Positions 8,278-17,353 of a DNA stretch of 64,000 nucleotides are shown here, one piece after another (position 1 is the first letter of the stretch; the number at the start of each line of letters is the position of its first letter). Both the position numbers and the translations under genes were made by a program. The stretch is from Candidatus Aenigmatarchaeota archaeon (GTDB lineage: Archaea > Aenigmatarchaeota > Aenigmatarchaeia > QMZP01 > QMZT01). Location of the stretch: NCBI GenBank assembly GCA_963726265.1, contig CAVSBQ010000002.1, forward strand, positions 262,486 through 326,485, written 5' to 3'. Under the pieces are notes generated by a model. It had not been told where the DNA came from and made no database searches. It saw only the letters and a program-made list of their open reading frames with translations.

Positions 8278-8622
8278 ATGGGTGCATGGGAGAGCGCGAT
8301 CGGCTTCCTGCAGGCGATAGGCTTCTTCAGCCTGCTCGCCGCGCTGCTCGTCTTCATAGTCGTCTATTTCCTTCTCGTGAACCTTGTCAGAAGGAATGCG
8401 AAGCGCGAGCCCAAGAGATACGAGAAAATCATCTTCTTCATAATCGCCGTAAGCCTTGCCTCGCTGATATTCGTGTTCTCGCTTGGCGAAGGCGCTGCGC
8501 TCGTCACGACCTACATCTCCATCGCGCTTTTCCTGCTGGCGCTTTTCCTGATGTTCATGATTCTGCTGACATCCTTCTTCGGCAAGGCGGGCTGGAAGTT
8601 CTGGAAAATCGCGCCCGGGTGA
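8278..8622 (+). CDS. Small integral membrane protein (3 predicted TM helices)
   Basis: Three long hydrophobic segments. TTTTATTAAAA TATA-like box about 25-30 nt upstream of the ATG (leaderless geometry). The 292-aa antisense ORF is Arg-rich and treated as spurious. Confidence 0.6.
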   Translation: MGAWESAIGFLQAIGFFSLLAALLVFIVVYFLLVNLVRRNAKREPKRYEKIIFFIIAVSLASLIFVFSLGEGAALVTTYISIALFLLALFLMFMILLTSFFGKAGWKFWKIAPG

Positions 8623-8655
8623 AGATTTTATAAACCGGACGCCTAATTGTGTTGT

Positions 8656-9561
8656 ATGGACAGGATAAAGGATTATGACGTGGAAGACCTGGAAATCGGG
8701 AAGCTGATAGGGCAGATGAAAAACGCAGGCTTCCAGGCCACGCATCTGGCGGACGGAGTCGAAATCGTAAGGCGCATGAGGAAGGAGAAGGCGACGATTT
8801 TCCTCACGTTCACCGCGAACATGGCGGCCTCCGGCCTTCGCAGTCTGTTCGCCCGGCTCTGCGAGAAGAAGCTTGTCCACTCCATAATCACGACCGGCGG
8901 CGCGATAGAGCACGATTTCATACGCTCGTTCAGGCCGTATCTGCTCGGCGACTTCAACATGGATGATGCCGCGCTCCACAGAAAGTCTATGAACAGGATA
9001 GGCAACATAATCGTCCCGACTGAAAGATACGTTTTCCTCGAGAAGAAGCTCCAGCCGCTTTTCGCGAGGATGCATAAGCAAAACAAAGCCATAAGCCCGA
9101 GCGACATCGCATACGAACTCGGTCGCATGAGCAAGGACAAAAATTCCTTTTTATACTGGGCCGCGAAGAACGGGATTCCCGTCTTCTCGCCTGGCATAAC
9201 CGACTCGGCAATCGGGCTGCAGTCATATTTCTTCAAGCAGGATCATGAGGACTTCGTGATAGACGTCACCGGGGACATGAAAACGCTCGCGAACATCGTC
9301 CTTACCGCGAAGAAGACGGGAGGCATAATACTCGGCGGCGGGATATCGAAGCACCACGCGCTCGGCGCGAATCTCATGAGAGGCGGCCTTGACTATGCGG
9401 TCTACGTCACGACGTCCCAGCCATGGGACGGTTCGCTGTCTGGCGCGAGGACGAACGAGGCGATATCCTGGGGCAAGATAAAGGGGAAGCAAAGGAGCCA
9501 CGTGACGATTGACGGAGACGCGACGATAATCTTCCCGCTTCTGATATCGGAGTTTCTGTGA
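8656..9561 (+). CDS. dys: Deoxyhypusine synthase
   Basis: FLTFTANMAASGLR, IITTGGAIEHD and GGGISKHH blocks are typical of DHS. ATG at 8656; the track ORF starts at an upstream TTG. Confidence 0.9.
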   Translation: MDRIKDYDVEDLEIGKLIGQMKNAGFQATHLADGVEIVRRMRKEKATIFLTFTANMAASGLRSLFARLCEKKLVHSIITTGGAIEHDFIRSFRPYLLGDFNMDDAALHRKSMNRIGNIIVPTERYVFLEKKLQPLFARMHKQNKAISPSDIAYELGRMSKDKNSFLYWAAKNGIPVFSPGITDSAIGLQSYFFKQDHEDFVIDVTGDMKTLANIVLTAKKTGGIILGGGISKHHALGANLMRGGLDYAVYVTTSQPWDGSLSGARTNEAISWGKIKGKQRSHVTIDGDATIIFPLLISEFL

Positions 9562-9570
9562 GGTTTTGAA

Positions 9571-10107
9571 ATGGACCTAATCATTCTTCCCGTTGTTTTC
9601 ATAATAGGCATTCTCACGAAGTTAGCGGACCTGATAGCGGATGACGGCATAGAGATAAGATGGATTTTCTCATACGCGATTGGCGTGGTTTACGGCATCC
9701 TCATAGCATACATACTCACGACGCACCCTGTCCTTGCTCCCATAGGGCTGGCGGCCGTCCTCGCCGTTCTGCTCACCAAAAAGATTGACAGGAAACCGCA
9801 CAACATAGGCATCGCTTCCACATTCCTGTTCCTGGCCGTGTGGGGCCTGCCGAGAATAGACATACTGATGACCGCAGTTTTTCTTACGGCAGGCCTGATT
9901 GATGAAATAGGCAACGATAGGGCGGACAGTGGCAGAATAAAGGGCTCGCTGAAAAAGCTCTTCGATTACAGGCTCGTATTCGAATTGACCGCCTTCTCCG
10001 TTTCCCTAGTTACGGGAGAATGGATAATATTCCTGGGTATACTGAGTTTCGACATCGGCTATCTGCTAACCAAAAGAATCGGCAAAAAATTTGTGAAACT
10101 TAAATAG
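9571..10107 (+). CDS. Multi-pass membrane protein, unknown function
   Basis: Five or six hydrophobic segments. ATG 10 nt after the dys stop. Confidence 0.6.
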   Translation: MDLIILPVVFIIGILTKLADLIADDGIEIRWIFSYAIGVVYGILIAYILTTHPVLAPIGLAAVLAVLLTKKIDRKPHNIGIASTFLFLAVWGLPRIDILMTAVFLTAGLIDEIGNDRADSGRIKGSLKKLFDYRLVFELTAFSVSLVTGEWIIFLGILSFDIGYLLTKRIGKKFVKLK

Positions 10108-10130
10108 ATAAGTGTGCACAATTGTAATAA

Positions 10131-11396
10131 TTGCAGGTGTTTTGTATCATAGAAATTCGTTTTCTCGGCGGTTGCAGGGAAGTAGGCAAAATGGGCATGC
10201 TCGTCGACACGGGCGCGGAGAAGTTCCTGTGGGAATACGGCATAAACGTCGAGTCGTGGGGGAGGCCGATACAGCCCGAGATAAACTTCGACGCCGCCTT
10301 CGTCTCCCACGCGCATCTCGACCATTCCGGCCTGCTGCCGCAACTCTATGGCATAGGCTACGAGGGAGCGATATGCATGGAGCCGGCGACCCTCAGCTTG
10401 TTATCAATCCTTTTGCGCGACTCGCTGAAGCTGCAGAAACGCGAATGCGACACGCTCGACTACCACGCGGGCGACATAAGGAAGCTGGAAACGAACGCGA
10501 GGTTCCTGAAGCATGACGAGACCGAGGATTTCACGCTTTCGTCGGTGAGCTTCCACAACGCCGGCCACATCCCGGGCAGCGCGCTCACCCTTCTGGAAAG
10601 CCGCGGCAAGCGCATTCTATTCACAGGCGACATAAAGTTCCTGGACACGAAGCTCATGCAAGGCGCCGATACGGATTTCAAGAACATCGACCTGCTCATT
10701 TCCGAGTCGACATATTCATACAAGAACCATCCAGACAGAAGGGGCATCGAGAACGCGCTGAGGAAGGCCGTGCAGGAGACCGTTTACGCCGGCGGCGTGT
10801 GCGTCATCCCGGCCTTCGCAGTCGGCAGGACGCAGGAGCTGCTGCTGGTGCTGCAGGACATTGGCGTTCCAGTTTACATCGACGGCATGGGAGCCAAGGC
10901 GACGGAAGCGATACTCCAGCACGCGAAAAGCATTAAGGATCATAAAGCGTTAGCCAGGGCATTCTCCCGCGCGAGAAGGGTGAACAAGCGCAGCGAGAGG
11001 GACAGAATTGTCGAAAAGCCGTGCGCCATCCTTACGACAGCGGGAATGCTCAACGGCGGGCCCGTCATCGATTACATCTCCCGCCTTTACGACAGGCAGG
11101 ACTGCTCGCTCATCCTCACAGGCTACCAGGTCCCGGGTACCGCGGGCAGAAACCTTGTGGACACGGGCAGGTTCGTCAGCGGCGACCTGGACGTGAAGCC
11201 AAGCATGAGAATGGAGTTCCTCGACTTCTCCGCGCACACGGACCACGACCATCTGCTCGAGTTCTTCAGGAAGGTGAGGCCGAAAAAGATCGCTCTCGTC
11301 CACGGGGAGAAAACGGTTGAATTCGCGCAGGAACTGAAAGCGAAGGGCTTCGACGCGGTCGCGCCGCAGAACGGAGAAAGCATCAGGGTTGACTGA
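10131..11396 (+). CDS. Metallo-beta-lactamase/beta-CASP RNA-metabolising nuclease (short aCPSF2-like form, no KH domains)
   Basis: HxHxDH motif (SHAHLDHSG), FLGGCREVGK N-terminus, C-terminal HGE. Start uncertain: TTG at 10131 or GTG at 10137. Confidence 0.85.
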   Translation: MQVFCIIEIRFLGGCREVGKMGMLVDTGAEKFLWEYGINVESWGRPIQPEINFDAAFVSHAHLDHSGLLPQLYGIGYEGAICMEPATLSLLSILLRDSLKLQKRECDTLDYHAGDIRKLETNARFLKHDETEDFTLSSVSFHNAGHIPGSALTLLESRGKRILFTGDIKFLDTKLMQGADTDFKNIDLLISESTYSYKNHPDRRGIENALRKAVQETVYAGGVCVIPAFAVGRTQELLLVLQDIGVPVYIDGMGAKATEAILQHAKSIKDHKALARAFSRARRVNKRSERDRIVEKPCAILTTAGMLNGGPVIDYISRLYDRQDCSLILTGYQVPGTAGRNLVDTGRFVSGDLDVKPSMRMEFLDFSAHTDHDHLLEFFRKVRPKKIALVHGEKTVEFAQELKAKGFDAVAPQNGESIRVD

Positions 11397-11916
11397 AGAA
11401 TTTCTCAAGTGCTTCGAGCGACGTTCCGAGACCTTCAAGATAATGCTGAAGCCACCATATATCTGCTTCTCTCAGCGCACCATCGCGGAAGTCTATTGCT
11501 AATTCTGCACTACGGAGAAGTTTGTCAGCATGCATTTCACCTGCGGCCATTATGTGAGGTCTGATATAAGGTGGAGGCTCTAGCGCTGGGTAATACTTTA
11601 GCACTAATCCCTCGAATGCCTCTCCTGCGAGCTCTTCCACAAAATCTCTGGTCTTTGCAAAATATTCTAATTGTTGCAGGGTGGGTTTTTCCCGCAAAAT
11701 CCTGAAAAACATATCTCTAGCTGGTCTTCCGGTGGCTGCCATAATTCTTTGCACATAAATCTTGTTATCTGGACTTTCTATTTCCGCCATGCTTCTTTTA
11801 TGTTCGATGATGTCATACACATCGCTACAAAGATTTTTAAAAGGCAATATTTCTACCGGGCTACCAATGCATTTCTCCAATATTCCGCAATCTGGACAGT
11901 ACTCAGGATGTATCAT
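11383..11916 (-). CDS. Hypothetical protein (177 aa), AT-richer than neighbours
   Basis: Clean ORF with an ATG. Convergent 14-nt overlap with the nuclease gene. No recognised motif apart from an N-terminal CPDC. Confidence 0.5.
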   Translation of the reverse strand: MIHPEYCPDCGILEKCIGSPVEILPFKNLCSDVYDIIEHKRSMAEIESPDNKIYVQRIMAATGRPARDMFFRILREKPTLQQLEYFAKTRDFVEELAGEAFEGLVLKYYPALEPPPYIRPHIMAAGEMHADKLLRSAELAIDFRDGALREADIWWLQHYLEGLGTSLEALEKFFSQP

Positions 11917-12047
11917 GAAATCACATTAAAGTCTGTTATTTGTAACTATTTTAAAGTAGTTATTTTTATGCCTTAAAAAGCTTTGCGCGGGCCGGATTTG
12001 CACACAGAACACCATTATTCTTTAATTGACTGAATGTAATAATAATC

Positions 12048-13100
12048 ATGCTTGAAATTCCCGGGGAATACGGCAGCGGCTCGGGGACTATAGTCAGGCT
12101 CGCGACGGCTCTTTCTGCGCTTACCGGAAAACCGATAAAGATAACTGATATCAGCGCGAAGAGGCCGAGCCCTGGCCTGCACCACCAGCACCTCGAAGCG
12201 CTCAGAACGATTGCGAAGCTCTGCTCCGGGAAGCTGAAAGGGGATGAGGTCGGCTCTAAGGAAATCGAGTTCGTGCCCGGGAAAATAAAACACGGCAACT
12301 TCGACGCCGTCATCGAGACCGCGGGATCGATAGGCCTGCTAGGCTATGCGGTCATGATTCCGGCGGTTCATGCAGGCGGCAAAACGGTTTTGAGCATAAA
12401 GGGCGGCTCGACGGCGAGCCTCTGGTCGCCGCCGGTTTACTACATGGAAAACGTTCTTTTCCCGGTTCTTGCGAAGATGGGCATCGAGGCGAAGTTCGCG
12501 ATAAAAAGGCACGGCTTCTACCCCGTCGGCGGGAGCGATGTCGTTTTTGAAATAAGCCCGGCGAAGGAGATAAAGCCGCTAAGGCTCACCGAGCCCGGAG
12601 AGGTCACCACGATAACCGGCCTGTCGATAGCGAGCGCCTCGCTGAAGGACAGGAACGTCGCCGAGCGGCAGATTGCAGGCTACCGCAGGATAATAAGGAA
12701 GGAGAAAGGCGTTGACATAAAACCGCTTTATGTTGCTTCGAAATCGGCTGGCTCCGTCTTCGTGGTGTGGGCGGAGACGACGACCGGATGCATTTTATCC
12801 GGCGACCATGTCGGGGAGGAAAGGAAACCGGCGGAAGTCGTCGGGGAAGAGGCGGCGTTCAAGCTGCAGGAGGAGATGAAATACCAAGCGACCGTCGGCA
12901 ACTTCCTCGCTGACCAGCTCATCCCGTTCATGGCCCTCGCCAATGGCCGCTCCGAGATAATCGCGCCCGACCTGACCGAGCACATAAAGACGAACATCTG
13001 GCTGTGCGAGAAGTTCCTCGGCTCCAAATTCTCCGTCAAGGAAGAAGGCGAAAACTTCAGGATTTCCTGCTCCGGACGTTCCGGGCGCTCTGAAAAATAA
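12048..13100 (+). CDS. rtcA: RNA 3'-terminal phosphate cyclase
   Basis: GEYGSGSGTIVRLATALSALTGKPIKITDISAKRPSPGLHHQHL matches the RtcA N-terminal signature. 350 aa. Confidence 0.9.
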   Translation: MLEIPGEYGSGSGTIVRLATALSALTGKPIKITDISAKRPSPGLHHQHLEALRTIAKLCSGKLKGDEVGSKEIEFVPGKIKHGNFDAVIETAGSIGLLGYAVMIPAVHAGGKTVLSIKGGSTASLWSPPVYYMENVLFPVLAKMGIEAKFAIKRHGFYPVGGSDVVFEISPAKEIKPLRLTEPGEVTTITGLSIASASLKDRNVAERQIAGYRRIIRKEKGVDIKPLYVASKSAGSVFVVWAETTTGCILSGDHVGEERKPAEVVGEEAAFKLQEEMKYQATVGNFLADQLIPFMALANGRSEIIAPDLTEHIKTNIWLCEKFLGSKFSVKEEGENFRISCSGRSGRSEK

Positions 13101-13108
13101 AAATCAAA

Positions 13109-13414
13109 TCAGGCATCATTCGGGGCCGTGCCGCAGACGCTACCAAGAGAATTCCGCAATTCCAATTCCTCGTCTGCCTTTTCAACGGCGCTTCTATAAC
13201 GCTCTTTCCATGCCGCCGTACCGATTTTCCTGATTCCGGTTTTTTCGTTGAAATCTCCGGCTTTTCTCAATAACAGTTCAATTTTACCCTCAATTTCAAT
13301 TGCTTTGCCTTCATCTTCGAAATCTCCGGTGTTCAGATAAGAAATATATATTCCGAGTTTATTGCAAATTCCTACTTTTTTAAGATAGTCTCTTGCATTC
13401 CGTAACAGGCTCAT
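13109..13414 (-). CDS. Hypothetical protein (101 aa), AT-rich
   Basis: ORF with an ATG; no recognised domain. Confidence 0.45.
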   Translation of the reverse strand: MSLLRNARDYLKKVGICNKLGIYISYLNTGDFEDEGKAIEIEGKIELLLRKAGDFNEKTGIRKIGTAAWKERYRSAVEKADEELELRNSLGSVCGTAPNDA

Positions 13415-13447
13415 GCTAGATAGAATGGGAAAAAATTTTAAATACGT

Positions 13448-14062
13448 TTACTGTGCCTTGCGCCCGGCAGCAGTTCCGTAGAACTGCCGAGCGGTTATCA
13501 TGAAAACAATCAGGATACTCGCTGCAAAGCTTTCGAACATCAGTAGATTGATATACGTCGGCGGGATTCTCGTGACCGTGCCCCAGAAATAGTCGAGATA
13601 GTCGTTCGTGAGGCATATGGCCAGCACGAACAGGGCGCCGGTTATTTTAGGCTTTATTTTTGGGATGAGCATCACGCCTTCGACTGCCATGCCGAGATGC
13701 AGTATAAAGTCCAGGCCTCCTACCACCTGGTCGCCGAAAACCGCGTAATTGACCCAGTAAAGCCAGAGCGTCAGCATGGTCCAGAAGCCGTATTTTATGA
13801 CATACGCCGCCGCGAGTAGCTTGAACGTCTCGGGAATTCCTTTCCTGAAATAAAGGAGCAGGCACACTATTGAAAACAGCAGCACGGAAAGCGGGGAGTC
13901 GATTATGACTATCCACAGCGCAGGCGGCGAAGCCATCAGCTGGTTCCAGTAATAGTATATGCCGGTGAAGAAGCCTGCGACATTGGCAGCAACCAGGAAC
14001 GCGAGCATTCTCCTGCTGCCTAAAATCCTTTCAGAAAAGCTGGAAATTTTTTGGGGCAACAT
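13448..14062 (-). CDS. Multi-pass membrane protein (possibly DUF1405-like)
   Basis: Five or six TM segments. GGGAGAT SD-like element about 6 nt upstream of the ATG at 14062; alternative ATG at 14008. Confidence 0.6.
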   Translation of the reverse strand: MLPQKISSFSERILGSRRMLAFLVAANVAGFFTGIYYYWNQLMASPPALWIVIIDSPLSVLLFSIVCLLLYFRKGIPETFKLLAAAYVIKYGFWTMLTLWLYWVNYAVFGDQVVGGLDFILHLGMAVEGVMLIPKIKPKITGALFVLAICLTNDYLDYFWGTVTRIPPTYINLLMFESFAASILIVFMITARQFYGTAAGRKAQ

Positions 14063-14558
14063 TGGCTATCTCCCTGATGGGCACGCCGCCGACAAGAGAA
14101 TGCGGCGGGACGCTCTTGTTAACTAGCGAATAGGCGGCGACCTTGGAGTTGTCGCCTATGCTGACTCCGGGCAGGACGAGCGTGAGCGAGCCTATGAGCA
14201 CGCCGCTGCCTATCTTCACGTTCCCTTTTTTGTAATGATCGTTGTGGAACTCGTGCGTCACGATGGTCGTGAACGAGCCTATCGTGCAGTTGTCGCCTAT
14301 CTCTATGAGCTCGGGAAAGAATATGTCGAAGTTCGTCCCGTAGATGCGCACGTTCCTGCCTATCTTCATGCCCGTCCTCCTGTAGAGCCGGTTCTTGAAT
14401 TCGACGTCGGGCAGGAACTTGCATGCGGTTATGATCATGTAGTTGAACGCGACCCTGAGGGGATGGCGAATCTTCTTCCATTTCCTCAGCGATCTTCCCT
14501 CTTCCGGGAATTTGAAGCAGGTTATCATCCTTTTGAGATGCTGCCTTTCTTCTTCCAT
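14031..14558 (-). CDS. Hexapeptide-repeat (left-handed beta-helix) acetyltransferase
   Basis: Repeated [LIV]-G-x-x-x-x units (IGRNVRIYG, IGDNCTIGS, IGSGVLIGS, IGDNSKVAA), as in the maltose/galactoside O-acetyltransferase family. Confidence 0.8.
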   Translation of the reverse strand: MEEERQHLKRMITCFKFPEEGRSLRKWKKIRHPLRVAFNYMIITACKFLPDVEFKNRLYRRTGMKIGRNVRIYGTNFDIFFPELIEIGDNCTIGSFTTIVTHEFHNDHYKKGNVKIGSGVLIGSLTLVLPGVSIGDNSKVAAYSLVNKSVPPHSLVGGVPIREIANVAPKNFQLF

Positions 14559-14773
14559 ATTACCCCCTCGAATCTCACCTCAAGGATCCTGTGGTTCGGT
14601 ATGTGCGTTTCGCGCTCGTTATCCTTGTAACAGAAATGCGACCTTTTCAGGGACGTGATGGCCGCGCCTGACACCGTCTTCTTGTCGCCGGGCGCCCCGC
14701 GATGGACGAAAACGACTTCCGCCTCCGCCAGCTTCCCCGTCCATTTCAGCCGGTTGAGCGCCTCGAACGCCAT
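14525..14773 (-). CDS. DUF504/UPF0248 (MJ1316-like) small protein
   Basis: LNRLKW...VFVHRGAPGD...IPNHRILEVRFEGVIWKKK matches my recollection of the archaeal UPF0248 family. 82 aa. Confidence 0.7.
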   Translation of the reverse strand: MAFEALNRLKWTGKLAEAEVVFVHRGAPGDKKTVSGAAITSLKRSHFCYKDNERETHIPNHRILEVRFEGVIWKKKGSISKG

Positions 14774-14814
14774 CTTAAATGTTGTATGCAGGAGTTAAAT
14801 GCTTCGCGCCAAAA

Positions 14815-14940
14815 TCAGAGTTCAAGGTAGATGTCGAGCGAGTCGCTCTTGCCGCAGCGCGGGCATGCATCCGCGTGCTCGAAGACTATGCCGCACTTCG
14901 TGCATATCGTCTTCTCGACCAGTTCCTTCTTGCGGCCCAT
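14815..14940 (-). CDS. 41-aa zinc-ribbon protein (CxxC-x12-CxxC); below the ORF-track length cutoff
   Basis: Hand translation gives MGRKKELVEKTICTKCGIVFEHADACPRCGKSDSLDIYLEL. It fills the gap between two same-strand genes. Confidence 0.5.
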   Translation of the reverse strand: MGRKKELVEKTICTKCGIVFEHADACPRCGKSDSLDIYLEL

Positions 14941-14996
14941 GACTTCAACCCGTTAAGAATTGTGCAGAAGCGCTTTAAAAACCTGACAGTCGGGAC

Positions 14997-15701
14997 TCAG
15001 AAAACCTTTTTTATTTTCAGCGTCTCCAGCTCGACTGAAATTATCTTCGCATTGCCCGGGTTGACGCACAGCGTCCTGCCAAGCCTCTGCTTAATGCTGC
15101 CCGACACCTGCGGGGACTCGTGTATGTGGCCGTGCAGCGTGAGGAGCGGCTGCATGTCCTCGATGAATCTCCTCACCGCCTCGCTGCCCCTGTGCTCGCC
15201 GTTGTGGAGCATGTCCAGCTCCGTCCCGAGAGGCGGCGCGTGGAAGACGAACATTGTCCTGCACATGTCAAGCCTGGCGGACATTGCCCTGAGCTCCCTG
15301 TAAATCTCATCCTCCGTTTTTTCCCAGTCCTTGAGCAGGAACGGCGTCGGGTTTATGTAGGGGTAGCCCGCGATGGCGAAACCATCGAGTCTGCAGGATT
15401 TCCTGTGCAGCAGCAGCGCGCTCTTGAGCTTGTCCGCCTTCCTGAGCATGGGGGAATTCGAGGAGAAGTCGTCGTTGCCCATCATGATGAATACCGGTTT
15501 TTTCACCTGCTTCCTGAACTCGCGCAGTCGCGGCAGCAGGTAGAACTGCAGGAAGAACTTCTGGCCGCTGGGGTTGATGCCCGTCGTGATGTCGCCGCCG
15601 AACACGATGAAGTCGATGTCCCTCGCTTTCGCCAGCTCGAACATCGTCTCGTATACCTTCACAGTTCCATGGACGTCCGTCACGTAGAGGAATTTGGTCA
15701 T
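14997..15701 (-). CDS. Calcineurin-like metallophosphoesterase
   Basis: Motifs DVHG, GGD, GNDD, FHAPP and HGHIHE occur in canonical order. Confidence 0.85.
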   Translation of the reverse strand: MTKFLYVTDVHGTVKVYETMFELAKARDIDFIVFGGDITTGINPSGQKFFLQFYLLPRLREFRKQVKKPVFIMMGNDDFSSNSPMLRKADKLKSALLLHRKSCRLDGFAIAGYPYINPTPFLLKDWEKTEDEIYRELRAMSARLDMCRTMFVFHAPPLGTELDMLHNGEHRGSEAVRRFIEDMQPLLTLHGHIHESPQVSGSIKQRLGRTLCVNPGNAKIISVELETLKIKKVF

Positions 15702-15727
15702 AGAATCATCACTTGATTTAATCTTAG

Positions 15728-15837
15728 TGGACTCGTCGGGAGTTTCAAACGGACGCAGATGAAATCTGCGTCTTGCGCCTTTGAACCCGAGGCCTCTCGG
15801 ATGCGAGCCGAGCGCTCTACCACTGAGCTACGAGCCC
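15728..15837 (-). tRNA. tRNA-Ala(CGC) with a 38-nt intron in the T-loop
   Basis: Minus strand: acceptor GGGCTCG/CGAGTCC with G3:U70; D-arm GCTCAGTGGTAGAGC; anticodon arm CTCGG-CTCGCAT-CCGAG. The T-stem TCGGG/CCCGA encloses 45 nt instead of 7. 72 nt after intron removal. CCA is not encoded. Confidence 0.85.
15742..15779 (-). other. Putative tRNA-Ala intron at about position 59/60
   Basis: Removal restores T-loop TTCAAAT. The intron has a perfect 9-bp hairpin GACGCAGAT-TTC-ATCTGCGTC and a TTTGAA segment complementary to exon TTCAAA. Confidence 0.65.
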
Positions 15838-15863
15838 GTGTCGAACATTATCTTATTATTCAG

Positions 15864-15872
15864 TATATATAA
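15864..15872. promoter_or_regulatory. TATATATAA box in the divergent tRNA-Ala / 3'-phosphoesterase intergenic region
   Basis: Centred about 31 nt upstream of tRNA-Ala position 1 on the minus strand. Confidence 0.45.
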
Positions 15873-15880
15873 CTTAAAAT

Positions 15881-16246
15881 ATGCCCATATTCGTCGTCCA
15901 CGAGCATCATGCGAAACACCTGCACTGGGACCTGCGCTTAGAGATGAACGGCGTGCTGAAATCTTTCGCCGTTCCGAAGGAGCCGCCACTCGAGACGGGA
16001 GTCAAGCGCCTCGCCATCCAGGTCGAGGACCACGACCTCGAATACGGCAAGTTCGAAGGCAGGATTGCGGAAGGGTATGGCGCGGGCGAAGTGAAAATCT
16101 GGGACACCGGGCCTCTGGAGATAATAAGCAGGAAGCCGGAGAAAATCGTTTTCAAGGCTGGCGGCAAAAAGATGCGCGGCGAATACGTGCTGCTGAAGTT
16201 CAGGAAGGCCGGCGAAAAGGAATGGCTGCTTTTCAAGAAAGGCTGA
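15881..16246 (+). CDS. Stand-alone LigD-type 3'-phosphoesterase (PE) domain protein
   Basis: FVVHEHHAKHLHWDLRLE...LKSFAVPKEPP...RLAIQVEDHDLEYGKFEGRI..GYGAGEVKIWD matches the LigD PE domain signature. 121 aa. Confidence 0.85.
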   Translation: MPIFVVHEHHAKHLHWDLRLEMNGVLKSFAVPKEPPLETGVKRLAIQVEDHDLEYGKFEGRIAEGYGAGEVKIWDTGPLEIISRKPEKIVFKAGGKKMRGEYVLLKFRKAGEKEWLLFKKG

Positions 16247-16294
16247 TTCTCCCCAGCCAACCCTATTTTAATCACCTCTGTAAAATATTTTCTT

Positions 16295-16831
16295 ATGATT
16301 GACCTTTACACGTTCGTCGAGGCCGTCTGGCTCATCTGGCCGGCGTACGGGGCGAATGGCCTATGCATGCTCGCGCGTGGGAAGCGGGCCATCGACGGCG
16401 GCCGCATGTGGCGGGGCAAACAGATTTTCGGGCCTGGAAAGACGTGGGAAGGCCTCGTTCTCGGCGTGGTTGTCGCGACGCTGGTCGCGACGTTCCAGAT
16501 GCTCGTCGCGCCGTTTCTGCCGTGGAATCTTTCGCCCGTCCCGCTTGATATTGTTATCATGACGCCTCTGCTCGGCTTCCTGATGGGCCTAGGCGCGATG
16601 CTCGGGGACATAGGAGGCTCGTTCATCAAAAGGCGGTTTGGCATCGCGAGAGGGAAGCCCGCCCCTCTTCTGGACCAGCTCGACTTCATAATTGGAATGC
16701 TGGTTTTCGCTAGCCTTGTGGTCGCGTTCAAATGGGAATGGGCGGTGATAATGCTGGTGATGACACCGATAATCCATCTGACAGCGAACTTCGTGGCGTA
16801 TCTGCTCAAGCTCAAGAACGTGCCTTACTAA
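16295..16831 (+). CDS. carS: CDP-archaeol synthase
   Basis: WPAYGANG, GPGKTWEG and GSFIKRRFGI..GKPAPLLDQLDF blocks are typical of CarS (DUF46). Multi-TM, 178 aa. Confidence 0.85.
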   Translation: MIDLYTFVEAVWLIWPAYGANGLCMLARGKRAIDGGRMWRGKQIFGPGKTWEGLVLGVVVATLVATFQMLVAPFLPWNLSPVPLDIVIMTPLLGFLMGLGAMLGDIGGSFIKRRFGIARGKPAPLLDQLDFIIGMLVFASLVVAFKWEWAVIMLVMTPIIHLTANFVAYLLKLKNVPY

Positions 16832-16854
16832 TCTTGTAAAATTTTTCAGATTTT

Positions 16855-17349
16855 TTATAACTTTATGTAAAAGCGGCCCAAACAATTTGGAGGAAGAGCT
16901 TTATCTCTATGAACATAACCTATTTCTGAACCGTTAATAGAAGGCCCCTCTATCCACAAATCATCTCCATAAATAGATTTGCCATCAAAACTTCTATCGA
17001 TATGAAGTGATTTGCATAATTCAATGGGACCCAAGTCATCTCCTTTCTTAGATTCTCCTATTATATGAAGTCTGCGTATGAACACGCAGGATGGTTCACC
17101 CTCTTTATCAGTTGATATGTTTAGAAAAACTCCGCCGCGATAAGGCATTATATAAATTTTACCCGGAGGATAAAGGAGTCCTTCCTTGTTCTTGGTTCCT
17201 TTTCCAATTCCATGATAAGGCCATGTTTCGGTGATTATTCCACTCAAAACATTATCTTCGTATAGATTCCTGACCAGAATTCTTCCCATAATATCTCTGG
17301 CAACGTCCTTTGAATTTCGTGCAAAAAACTCCTCATTTAGTTTTTCCAT
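16855..17349 (-). CDS. mpg: AAG/Mpg-family 3-methyladenine (alkylpurine) DNA glycosylase
   Basis: FFARNSKDVARDIMGRILV...GIITETWPYHG...PPGKIYIMPYRGGVFLNIST...SCVFIRRL matches the Mpg family pattern. ATG at 17349 is preceded by GGAG, 4 nt after the upstream stop; an alternative TTG at 17364 would overlap by 11 nt. AT-rich. Confidence 0.8.
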   Translation of the reverse strand: MEKLNEEFFARNSKDVARDIMGRILVRNLYEDNVLSGIITETWPYHGIGKGTKNKEGLLYPPGKIYIMPYRGGVFLNISTDKEGEPSCVFIRRLHIIGESKKGDDLGPIELCKSLHIDRSFDGKSIYGDDLWIEGPSINGSEIGYVHRDKALPPNCLGRFYIKL

Positions 17350-17353
17350 AATA

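Noticed and set aside
15781-16302. 173-aa plus-strand ORF spanning tRNA-Ala and the 3'-phosphoesterase gene.
   Set aside because: It starts inside the tRNA gene and runs out of frame through the well-supported LigD-PE ORF (15881..16246).
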